From assembly GCF_036971445.1 (NCBI RefSeq), contig NC_091471.1, positions 350,300,001-350,364,000 on the forward strand: DNA of 64,000 nucleotides, read 5' to 3'. The position numbers were made by a program, and so were the translations under genes. The DNA comes from Narcine bancroftii. Taxonomy: Eukaryota. The notes under the pieces are model-generated. The model was not told where the DNA came from. It worked only from the letters and a program-made list of their open reading frames with translations, and did no database searches. This document shows, in pieces, positions 24,140 through 36,800 of the stretch (position 1 is its first letter; each line of letters opens with the position of its first letter).

Positions 24140-24853
24140 CGAAACGAGAAGATTGACCGAGGGGAACGCGAACCGGTCTGTGAAGGCAACCGACACGAGG
24201 ATGAGTGGATCTAAAATGCCGGCTCCTTGTCTGCCGGCGAGAGGGAGGCCGCCTCACCGCCCGGAACTCCTGTCCCATCCCTCCGCCATTCAAAACATCT
24301 TCGCCTCTGCTTACTTACTGCTTCATTCAAATCCACTTCAATCGCTACACATCAACGCAAGCCATTATCCTTTACCTTAATCTATCCCTTAAAATCTCAC
24401 ATCTCCCGATTTCTTCAATTCAGTTGGAACTACTTTCTTCCGTCGATGGTTACAAATGAGCGAGAGTCTTTCCCCCTTGACGACCAGGTGACGTCAAGCA
24501 AACCATGGGCAGGGATATTTGTAAACGAGGGCATTTTAGTAAAGAATACCAAAAAGCCTTTATGTCAGTGTTCGAGAATTTCTATGAACATGCACAAAAT
24601 GAAAAAAGTTGGCGATTGAAAAAAACAGGACGCTCGATCTTGCTTGTGACGCAGTTGTGAGAGCGGGCGGTTGATGATGCGCTGGCCACAGCCAATCAGC
24701 GGCGAGGGAGCGTTTAAATGCACAGGGACCTCTGTCCATGGAGGTCCACGGTGGCATCATGACAGGACCGTGGCTGCTGTGAGGAACCGGCGGCTGGGTC
24801 GCCAGGAGCAGGAAGTCCTCCTGTGGGGGAATAGGAGTTCCTGTAGTGATAGG
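24140..24853. promoter_or_regulatory. Bidirectional CpG-rich promoter shared by DDX5 and CEP95
   Basis: Start codons lie about 715 bp apart head-to-head. CRE TGACGTCA at 24489-24496, CCAAT at about 24692, ETS CAGGAAGT at 24809-24816, YY1-like AAAATGCCGGC at about 24213. Confidence 0.8.
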
Positions 24854-24875
24854 ATGGAGCTCGGCGAAGAGAGAG
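24854..24875 (+). CDS. CEP95: CEP95 exon 1 coding part
   Basis: ATG GAG CTC GGC GAA GAG AGA G|GTAGG; phase 1 joins exon 2 to give MELGEERDWITV. Confidence 0.75.
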
Positions 24876-27800
24876 GTAGGATGGTGCCCGACCTCTGCAG
24901 CAGGCCAGCATGTCGTCTGGACGCGGAGATGTCACTCATGTTCTTGTTTAAATCCTGCTGTTAGCCTCGACTCTATTATTGTATCTTTCTTTAAATTGTA
25001 CCTGGTACGTAAATCAGGAAGTGCATGTCATGTACGTATTCTGAAAATAAATCTATATTTCCACTCCACCCCCCCCCCCCCCAATAAACGACTGTTGCCA
25101 GAAAATCTGATTCTGAGTTGGAGGTGCCACTAATAATTCGTCCCAAACTTGTTGTTACCGCTTAAATCTTGTTTGCCTCGACTCTGATTGTTATTGTATC
25201 TTTCTTTAAACTATGATTATGCTTGGCTGTGTAAACCAGGAAGTATCTATTCCCACCCCTCCCTCTCCAGGCTGTTGCTTAAAGTGTCAAGGTAACCAGA
25301 AGCTTGTTTGCAGAAGCGGTTAAAATGGACAGGCTTCTCGTTTAACACGTTTGACTGCGAGGTGTTATTGCTAATTTCACTAAGTTAAAATTGTCGCTTG
25401 CATCTGGTTTCGCATTTTACTTTCAGTGTTTAGTTTTTATTCTGTGTAGACTTTTGTTTAAGAGTAGTGAGGGCGTTTATTCTAAACTTTAACTCCGTGT
25501 CCGTCTTAAGTTCATGCTGCAACTCGAATTTACGAAGTTCCAAAATGTACTGCTTCGCGTTGCAAGTAACTGTTATACTCAACTTCTTGGATTAATGAGC
25601 CTGCGTACACTAGTATTTCCGGTAAATTAAATGTCACTCCAGTTCTGAAATGAGATGCTGATCGATTTGCTCAATTATGTGCCTGGTAAAGTTTGCCTTG
25701 TCGTTCTTAAAAAATCACCAGGCTTTTGTGCAAACAGGAGAATGTATATGTGAGTCTTGCGTCAGTGGTATGCAAACATTTGGAGAAGTGCACTCTACTT
25801 GAGGATAATCAGCATAGCTTTGTGAAGGGAAGGTCGTACCTCACGAGCCTAATTGAGATTTTTAGGGAGGTAACAAAAGAAGTGGAGGAGGATAGGGCAG
25901 TAGATGTGGTTTACGTGGATTTTAGTAAAGCATTTGACAAAGTCTCCCATGAGAGACTCTCTCAAAGTCGTGAGGCGTGGGATCAGTGGAACCTTGGCTG
26001 CATGGATGTTTTTTATTTAAAAATTGACTTGCAGGAAGTAAGCAGAGAGTCGTAGTGGAAGGAAAGTCTTCTGCCTGGATGAAGAGACGGAAGGATGGGT
26101 CAGTAAATTTGTGGATGAAGCTGAAGATTATTAAAGGTTATAATAGGATATAGACAGGATGCAGATTTGCGCAGAAAACTGTTGGATGGATTTCAATCCA
26201 CATGTGTGAGGTGATGCATTTTGGAAAGACAAGCCAGAAGGCTGAGTACAGGATTAATGGTCGGTCACTCAAGAGTGTGTATGAACAGAAGTACCTTGGG
26301 GTTCAAATCCATGCATCCCTCAAGGTTGCTGCACGGGTTGATAGGTTAGTTAAGAAAGCCTATGGGATGCTGGGCTTCTTTAATCGGGGGATTGAGTTCA
26401 GGAGTATAGGGGTCATGCTGCAACTCTACAAATCTTTAAGACCACACTTGGGAGTAATGTGTTTAGTTCTGGAGAGGGTGCAGAGGATATTTATCAGGAT
26501 ATTTATCAGGATGTTTGCTGGATTGGGAAAAAAAGTCTTATGAGGCAAGGTTAGCAGAGTTGGGATTTTCTTCTTTGGAGCATAAAGGGATGAGAGGAGA
26601 CTTGATAGATAGAGGTCTACAATATTGAGAGGGGTGAAGCACTTTCAGGTGGCTAAAATCCCCCGATATAAAACCGTATATTATTCCCATATATGGCTGT
26701 CAGGAGGTCGCTTGAAAGCGCAGGAGGCGCATGTGAGGCAAACTTTATAACCCTCCTCTGGGAGGGATAATCGCAGGAGCACTGAGGACCCCCGGCACAT
26801 GAATGCAGCCACCTGAAAGTAGTCGCTAAGGGGATGACAATCAGCTGGCAAGCGCCTGACAGCCCCCCTCCCAGCTGCCGGTGTGGGCTGTCCTCACGCT
26901 GATCCCACTCCCCCGCTCTCTTCCCACGGCCCTATATCAGTCCCCACACTGTCTGGCGGTCAGCACAGGCTGTCCCAGCTTTGACAGACAGCCATCCCAA
27001 CCCTGACAGCCCGAAGGGACAGGAGCAAGAGTGTACTTCTAGGCGCGTCCTGTGAAGCTCTCTTTCAGATGGCCAGCACTGTGCTTTAAGCGCTGCCACC
27101 TGAATGACCATTCAAAGGTCTGAATCTGCTTCTGTAGCTGCACTCTTAGCAGACAATGCTCCTGAAGAAGCCTCTAGGTAGGGTGGACAGTCAGCACCCT
27201 GTTTCCCAGGGAGGAATGGGAAACACCAAGGGAAAGGAGGGAAGTTTATGGGAGACATCAAAGGTAAGTTTTTTTTCCATGCAGAGTTGTGGAATCCCTT
27301 GCTGGGGATGGTTGAGGAGGCTGAAACATAAGGGCCATTTAAGAGACAGGCACATGGATGGAAGAAAAATAGAGGGTTATGGGGTAGGGTGAGTTTAGTG
27401 TTTTATTTTTTTAAGGAATTATATAGGTTGGTACAACATTGATGGATGAAGTGTCTGTACTCTGGTGTAGTGATCGAAGTTCTATATTGCTGTGATGTGC
27501 AGGTTAGTAATGGTGTGGCATCATAATCTTTATTTCATGACATTTTACACCTGAAAATTGAGATGTATGTTGATTAATGGGAACTTGGATTGAAAGCTGT
27601 ATATGTGGTCTGAGTCATGGTGAAAAATAAGGACTTGCTCTAGTTTTTTAATAAGCCTGTATGAATAATATAGATTATGAAGGATGGTCATAAAATCTGT
27701 ATTGAAGCATGTACATTAAACAATTTGTGGTCATATTATTTAGCTAATTATTCATAATTTCCATTGTATTCCTAGTTTTTTATTTAAAATTAAAATTTTG

Positions 27801-30800
27801 TTACGTGTCATGTTTTGTTTGATTGTATTGGCCCTGAGGGTAGGGTGGTGACTTGCTTCACTGCTTTGTCGGTCTCCGTTTGAGAGACTTGTTTTGCATA
27901 CATATTGGGTTCTAAGTGTTGGTTGTCATTTCCTGGATTTTATTAACTATGCTGTAATTTTGATGACCATTTGTCATTAAATATAGTCCTCAGTGATTGA
28001 GTGTCTGTCACAATGGTAATTTTTTTTTTTGCCAAAGTTGTTTAAACCACAATTGGGTTTTTGAAGACGCTGTTTACATCCGGTACTGCACGGATGGCAG
28101 CCTCTTCAATCTGAGGCGCCTGCAAGCTCACACCAAGACACAAGAGAAATTTGTCCGTGAACTACTCTTTGCAGACGATGCCGCTTTAGTTGCCCATTCA
28201 GAGCCAGCTCTTCAGCGCTTGACGTCCTGTTTTGCGGAATCTGCCAAAATGTTTGGCCTGGAAGTCAGCCTGAAGAAAACTGAGGTCCTCCACCAGCCAG
28301 CTCCCCACCATGACTACCAGCCCCCCCCCACATCTCCATTGGGCACACAAAACTCAAAACGGTCAACCAGTTTACCTATCTCGGCTGCACCATTTCATCA
28401 GATGCAAGGATCGACAACGAGATAGACAACAGACTCGCCAAGGCAAATAGCGCCTTTGGAAGAATACACAAGAGTCTGGAAAAGCAACCAACTGAAAAAC
28501 CTCACAAAGATAAGCGTATACAGAGCCGTTGTCATACCCACACTCCTGTTCGGCTCCGAATCATGGGTCCTCTACTGGCATCACCTATGGCTCCTAGAAC
28601 GCTTCCACCAGCGTTGTCTCTGCTCCATCCTCAACATTCATTGGAGCGCTTTCATCCCTATCGTCGAAGTACTCGAGATGGCAGAGGTCGACAGCATCGA
28701 GTCCACGCTGCAGAAGATCCAGCTGCGCTGGGTGGGTCACGTCTCCAGAATGGAGGACCATTGCCTTCCCAAGATCGTGTTATATGGCGAGCTCTCCACT
28801 GGCCACCGTGACAGAGGTGCACCAAAGAAAAGGTACAAGGACTGCCTAAAGAAATCACTTGGTGCCTGCCACATTGACCACCGCCAGTGGGCTGATACCG
28901 CCTCAAACCGTGCATCTTGGTGCCTCACAGTTTGGCGGGCAGCAACCTCCTTTGAAGAAGACCGCAGAGCCCACCTCACTGACAAAAGGCAAAGGAGGAA
29001 AAACCCAACACCCAACCCCAACCAACCAATTTTCCCCTGCAACCGCTGCAACCGTGTCTGCCTGTCCCGCATTGGACTTGTCAGCCACAAATGAGCCTGC
29101 AGCTGACGTGGACATTTACCCCCTCCATAAATCTTTGTCCGCGAAGCCAAGCCAAAGAAAAGTTCCAGTGCCAAATTGAAATGGCTTAAAATGTGTTTGT
29201 GCTCCATTCCATTTTACCTTGATTAATATATAGGAGTCCTCTGCAATGAGTTGTGAGGTTTTTTTTTAAAAAGTTTCCTCCAGATATTCAAACTCCTAAT
29301 CTATACCAACACTCCCTTTAGAATGCAACTTAAATTATTGCATCTGGTCCATGATGGAATTAAGCTATACATGGTGAGTTTCTAATTCCATGTGGCTGCT
29401 CTAATGATGTATAAACAATTTGTAGCAAGATCTCTGTACACCTGGGGAGTGAAGTTTGATTTTTTTTAAACTAAAGACTGACATCTTCTCTTTTCTCAAG
29501 TTTTTTTTTCTTAATTTGACAAGCAATTGCTGTTAAACAGTAAGGAAATGAGGCCCTTCATTCCAACTTGTCTATGTTGAGCAAGGTGCCTTCCTATGTT
29601 TGGTTTATATCCATCTAAACCTTTCTTAACCATGAACTTGTCTGATTCTAAACACTCGAGTTGGACAATTCCTCAGCAACTCCAGGTGCTGTTGCTCAAC
29701 TGTCTGGTTTGGCTTGTTGCTGGGATCTGGAAGTTGGGATTGGGGGTTCTTATTTAATTGAAAATCTGTACCCTTAGCTGAAAGCTTTAAATGCTGGTCA
29801 GTTCCACAGTGTTTACCCAATTTTCCTGCAAGGTTATGCCCCTAAATGTTTTGCTGTACAAATCTGTTAAGTTCAAGTACCTAATGTGTGCCTATGGGGA
29901 ATTGGTGGGTGGGAGGGGTCTCCACAATGACTGAACAAGAAATTGGATTTGTTCAGCAGCTTGATTTGGTAATAATGATGGCGTTTTGACCATTTGAGAC
30001 CTGGTGGCTTAAATCATTAAGGGGCGGGGGGGAGGGGGGGAAAGGAGTTTATGACCTGCATGATGTTAGAAGTGCCTGGACTGCAATATTTGGAATCTCT
30101 GACAACTCCCTAAATTCCCTGCAGAAAAACACGAAAGCATACATCCCGATTAGCCAAGCATTTAATCTTGTTAAAATGGAAAGGCGTTCTTCTATTACTC
30201 AATGGATGAAGGATATCAGTTTTTATTCAAACCTGAGAAAATCAAATATACATTAAGAGGGCCCAGTGGAAAAATTGTTTATAAATGGCAACCCTTTTTG
30301 CATTATTTCTTAGAATTATGAGTGCTTTCTGGGTAAAAGACTAATTACAGCTAGTAATACTGTATACTGTCAGCAAAGGTTCCAAGATAGTGGGGTGACT
30401 GGTGTGTATCTGACAGTATATGTGAACATTTGTGTATGTTTTTTCTGCCAAACAAAATAGGAGGACAATGTACATCTGTATAATGTGTTTTTCATGCTCA
30501 GTAAATGGAATATTTTAATGTTTGAAACTTGCAAAGGATCATAATGTACTTGTTCTTTAACAATAAACAATTGACAAAGCATCGAGTCACTTTGTTTAAA
30601 TTTTGATCTTTATTAATTGTACAGAAGCCTTTTAACCCATGGCTAAGAAGTATTTAATCATGTGATGGGGATAATAATGACTTCAGAAGTGGAAACTGGG
30701 TGAGGTCATATGATGGAGTAGTGGCTAGTCGGGCAGGGAAAGCCAGCCCTCCACAGAAAGTTGAGAAAAAAAAATAGGTTAAAAAAAAAAACAAGGCAGA

Positions 30801-33800
30801 GAAGAAAAATCACAAGATAAAAAGTACAAGGAGCACTTGAAGATGGCTCCAAAACAAAGAAGAGGTAAAGAAATCACTGGAGAAAAAAAGGAGGAAGGCC
30901 TTACCAGTGTCTGGGAGCAGGGAGCTCTTCCCAAGAGGATGGCCTGATCAGTGAAGCTGGTGAGCAGGCAGCTGGGCAGTGATGGCCACTGGGCGGTCTC
31001 GAACGTTGGCTTGCAGACCCTGAGAAGTAAGTGCCAGCGCACATGCGCAGTACACATTATAGCGGGGATACCGGTGGAGATGGATGCCAACAGCAGGACG
31101 CTGAAACGGCAGTTGGAGAGGCCGTAGAGCTGACATTGGGAAAAGGAGCAACACGGAGACACAAAATGGAGCTAGAGAAAGATCAAGAAGAAGATTAAAG
31201 ACTTAAAAGAAAAATGCAAGGTAAAAAAACAGAAGCAGATGATTGATTGATAAAGAATACTTTGACAGTCAAATAAAGATATTAATGGACACAATGACTG
31301 AGTTCAATACTATAAAAAGAAAACTATGCAAGAGACAAATTTAAAAATGAAAAGAATGGAGAATGCTATGGTAGACATGAGAAAATGAGTGGAAGACAGA
31401 GGGATAGTCTTGGAAATGGAATTGAATGAGTTGAGAGAAAAACTGGAAGATAGAGATAAGGAGATTAAGAAGGCACAAGATTTATTAGCCCCAAAAAATG
31501 ACATTAAAGAATTTCAGCAGATGTAATAAATATAAAAATAGTGTGTGTGAAAGAAGGTGAAGAAGGGGCAGATATAAAAGGATTTATAAAAGTTGGATCC
31601 CACACATCTTGGGAGTGGAAGAACGGCAAGATGAAATTGAAAGAGCCCACAGAGCACTGGCACCAAAGCCGCAGCCACATCAGAAACCGCGCTCCATACT
31701 AATAAAACTATTACGATATGCAATGAGAGAAAATATTGGAACTGGCAATGAAAAGGGTGAAAGAAAATAAGGAACCATTGAAGTACAATGGGGAAAAATT
31801 GATATTTTTATCCAGATATCAGCTTTGAATTTTTAAAGAAACGAGAGTTTAATTTAGTACCGTTTTTGCTATGTAAAACAAAAAAAAAATTATAACTTTG
31901 TGTTGTGACATCCAGCAGAGTTAAAGGTATTCATTTCCTGGTAGGCAAAATAGACTGTTTTCAGATCCAGAAGTTCATCGCTTTGCAGACCGATTTACCA
32001 AATAAGCAAGAAGAAGAGTAAAAGAAATGTTAAAAGGACTGTTAAGATAATGTATATAAATAAGTTGGAAATGTTAATAGTTTGAGTACAGGCATTTTTA
32101 AAAAAAAAGGCTTTGTTATATTTTTAAGAATAATGTAGTGTTTTCTCTGGGGGAAGATCTACCCACTGCAAAATCTATTGATGTGTGCAGTCAATATTGC
32201 AGCCCAGGTAGAAAAAGGAGTTGTGGTTGTCTTGTTGGGTGGCAAGGGCAACTCAGTAAAGGAGGAATTGATGTTTTTTTATTATTTGTTTTTTGTTATT
32301 ATTGGTTGTGTTAAGTATAGTAAAGCGTAAGAACAATTTAGTGATTTTTAGAAAAAGGGAGATGGAGGGGTTGAAGAGGTGGAAGAGAGTTGAAAACAAA
32401 TGAGTACTTTGAACTATATGACTATTAATGGAATTCGCAATCAAATTAAGTGGAAAAAAGTTACTGACACTAAAAAGGATGAGTGCTGTGTTAGAACATC
32501 CCAAGTTGAAGAGAGACTGGGTAGGTCATGTAGTGGCATCATCATACAACTCAAAAGCCTGGGGAGTTGCTATATTAATAAGAATCTGCCAATTAAGATA
32601 AAGGAAGTAATAACAGACCCAGCGGGTAGATACGTAATGATAAGGTGCCAGATTTATTCAGAATTTTGGAACTTACTGAACATTGGTGCACCTAATGAAG
32701 ATGACCAGGAATTTATGCAAGACATCTTTTTAAAGATAGCAGACACACAGGGACACATTTTACTAAGGGGAACTTTTAATTTTAACCTTGTCCCATTGAT
32801 GGGTAAAACTGGGAAAATAATTAAATAATAAAGCAGCCAAATTTACATTAAACTTAATCCATGATTTAAAAATAATTGACATATGGAGAAACAACACCCA
32901 AAAGAAAGTGTATTTATATTCAAACGGACACAGAACCTATTCTAGGATAGACATGTTCTTGTTGGTTCAGATTCAGGAGAGAGTTCGAAAGACCGAATAT
33001 AAGGCAAGACTTTTATCTCACTGACCCTTGTTATTAACAATTGAGTTAGAGGATAATCCACCGAAAACGTATAGATGGAGGCTAAACCCTATATTGTTTA
33101 AAAAGGCGAGACTTTCAGGAGTACATTGAACAACAAATCAAAATATATTTCGATACAAATTCGGTAGCAGATAAATTTATGGGATGCAATGAAGGCCTTT
33201 ATTAGGGGACAAATAATTAGTTACACATCTAAGATTTAAAAAAAAAAATATATATATATATAATCGGGAAATAGAACAGTTGGGAAAAGATGTAGTAACT
33301 ATAGAAAAATGATTTGAGAAGGGAAGATGTAGAGAAAAAGAGAATTGGCAGAGGAAAAAAATTAAAATATGAAACATTACAAACATACAAAGTGGAGAAA
33401 AACATGAAAACAAAGCAAAGATATTATGAATTAGGAGTGAAAACCCACAAAATATTGGGCTGGCAACTTAAAACAACAAGCCAAAAGAACTATCTTAGCA
33501 ACAAGAAAGGAGGATAAAGAGATTTCACGTAACCCAGGGGTCTCAAACTCAATTTACCCAGGGGCCGCTGGAGGTAGAGTCTGGGTGAGGCTGGGCCGCA
33601 TCAGGTTTTCCACAAGAAAAGCTCTTACAAAAACATTCCAATGTTATCAAATGTCTTTATTTTTAACACAAAATAAGATGAAAAAATAAATAAATTAACA
33701 ATTCATTAAAAAAAAATAAAATCAATCAGTAATAAATAAATAAAATGAAAATAATAATAATACGGCAGATATAGAAGACTAAAGAAACCACAGATAGTTG

Positions 33801-36800
33801 CTGACTGGAGAAATGTAATTATTATTCAGATTCAAATGTCTGTATTAACAGTTCTTTAACTAACTTTCTGAACATGAATGGAACATTGAACATAAACTGT
33901 TATGAACATGTCTTCTGCCTACTTCTTACTGCTAGAGATCTGGCAGCAGTTCCTCTCGCATAGTCGAGCCACATTTGGCTTAAGGGAGGAGGCAGTTGAG
34001 ACCCTCAGTAGGGCTTGAAGATGCTTGTCAGTACTTGGACTTATTAGTTCAAGGGAGAGAAGAGCTTTTAGCACAAGTACGTGCTCCCAAAAAGATGCAT
34101 GGTCCGCTTGAACATTCGGGAAAGCTCAGGGAAGCTGGGGGGCAATTCTCTCAAAAATTGCCCAAGCTTGTCTGCTTTTCCACTCACCTCCCTGAACTTG
34201 GTTTTGAGTTCAGAGTTGCACTGCAGGTCAATGAGCTCCATTTGAAGCACAGGAGGGGCATCTTGCACATCAAAGGAGAAGGGGTCTGCAAACATTTGAA
34301 ATGTGGCTCTGTGCATCTTTAAGTCTGCAAATCTGTGATCAAATTCCTCCTGTAGCTTCAAAATGACATCCACATACTTCTCACCACTGAATGGTGTGCC
34401 TGAATCCATGGGTGCCTTGCATGCTGGGAAATGGCAAAGGTTTGTCTGAGAAAGCTGGGCTTTCCATAAGTTTTGCAGAGAATGCTCTCACGTTGTCATA
34501 GGCAGCACTGACAAGTTGCCCCTGGCCTTGTAACTTCTTGTTCAGTACATTAAGATCATGTGTAATATGAACAAGAAAAGCCAAGTCCATGAGCCATTTG
34601 GGATCACTTAGCACAGGAACAGCAACCCCATCTTTCTCCATGAAGGCTTTCACTTCCGCTCTCAACTCAAAAAAACCTCTTCAATATGTTTACCCTGCTA
34701 ATGTACCTCGGTGAAGTAGAGCACATCCCCATAATCTGACTCCATTTCCTCTAAAAAAGCATGGAAACTTCTGTGCTTTAAGGTCCTGGATCTGATTTGG
34801 TTGATGCATTTCACGACAGACATCACATTGTCAAACTTCAGGCATTTGCTTCAAAGAGCCTGCTGATGGATAATGCAGTGCAGAGCAATGGCCTCCTTCA
34901 CACTCTCCTCTTCCAGTTTTTTTTTAAACAAGTGTCACCAGTATGGCGCTCCATCGGTTGTTATTCCAACAAACCTCTTCCAATGCAAACCGGCATTCTC
35001 AATGGCATCACACAGCTGGTAAAATATCTCCTGAGAGGTGGTCTGGCCATGCATCAGAATTACTGTGAGCAACTCCTCTGTGACTTCAAAACTGTCATCA
35101 ACACCACGAACATAGATTGCGAGCTGGGCAGTATCGGTGATGTCTGCGGTCTCATCAAGAGCGACTGAGTATACACTGAAACATTTTGCATTGCAGTTTC
35201 AGTGTTTAGCCGATGCGTCTTTTCCACTTCTTTTTCTGTCCCGCTGAGCAATATCTTCCGGGTTCAGACTGGACGCTGAAGCGGGAGCGGCCGCAGAAAT
35301 TGCGCATGTGCCGCGTGCATATGACAAATAGAAAATGCACACAAATATGCTTATATTGGCAATAAGCCCAGCCTATGTCCCGCCCCCGAGAGCAATATAC
35401 CCCACCATGATTAGTAGGTTCAGCTCCGCACACAACACTGAAAAGTGCCAATCTTATCAAACTCGCGGGCCATGCTAACATTAAACTTTTATATTAAGGT
35501 GGGGCCACAAACTATCGTCCAGAGGGCCGCAGTTGGCCCACGGGCCGTAAGCTTGAGACCCCTGATGTAACCCATTAGAGATTAATGGAAATTTTAAATA
35601 AATAAATAGATTTCTATAAGCAATTGTATCAAACTGAAAATCCAGGGAAGGACAACAAAATTGATGAATTTTGATCAAACATTGAATTACCCCAATTACA
35701 ATTGGAGGATCAAAATAAATTACTAAAACCCCAGACAATTGCAGAAATACAGGATACATTAATGATACTACCAAATGATAAAACACCAGGCAAAGATGGA
35801 TTCTGTACGGAGTTTTACAAAATGTAAAAAGGAATCCCCTTTTAAATGGCAATCACAGGCTATACGTTACCTTGGTATCAGGATAGATAATAATTAAATC
35901 ATTTGTATAAATTAAACTATCAACCGTTAATAAGAAAAATACAGGAAGATTTAGAGACCTGGAAAGATTTACTGTTAACTTTAATAGGGAGAGTAAACTG
36001 CATCAAGATGAATATATTTCCACAGATACAATATTCCAAACCCTACCGATTTCCCTTGACAGGAATTTTTTGAGACTGAATAAATTAATAAAAGTTTTTA
36101 TGGAAGGGTAAAAAATCAAGAGTGGCTTTGGACAAGTTAACATGTTTGTATGAACAAGGAGGATTGCAGTTACCAAATTTCAAAAACTATTACAGGGCAG
36201 CACAGTTAAGATATCTATCAGAATTTTACCAGATGGGAGAAAAACTAGATTCTCTTCTTTGGCTTGGCTTCGCGGACAAAGATTTATGGAGGGGGTAAAA
36301 GTCCACGTCAGCTGCAGGCTCGTTTGTGGCTGACAAGTCCGATGCGGGACAGGCAGACACGGTTGCAGCGGCTGCAGGGGAAAATTGGTTGGTTGGGGTT
36401 GGGTGTTGGGTTTTTCCTCCTTTGCCTTTTGTCAGTGAGGTGGGCTCTGCGGTCTTCTTCAAAGGAGGTTGCTGCCCGCCAAACTGTGAGGCGCCAAGAT
36501 GCACGGTTTGAGGCGATATCAGCCCACTGGCGGTGGTCAATGTGGCAGGCACCAAGAGATTTCTTTAGGCAGTCCTTGTACCTTTTCTTTGGTGCACCTC
36601 TGTCACGGTGGCCAGTGGAGAGCTCGCCATATAACACGATCTTGGGAAGGCGATGGTCCTCCATTCTGGAGATGTGACCCATCCAGCGCAGCTGGATCTT
36701 CAGCAGCGTGGACTCGATGCTGTCGACCTCTGCCATCTCGAGTACTTCGACGTTAGGGATGAAAGCGCTCCAATGGATGTTGAGGATGGAGCGGAGACAA

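Noticed and set aside
24140-24256. Non-AUG N-terminal extension of DDX5 (as in DDX17 p82)
   Set aside because: The frame is open for 38 codons upstream, but there is no CUG and only one GUG, in poor context.
34068-35170. Domesticated GTF2IRD2/EPM2AIP1-like host gene
   Set aside because: Frameshifted and truncated, and bounded by TIRs and an 8-bp TSD, so it is a transposon relic.
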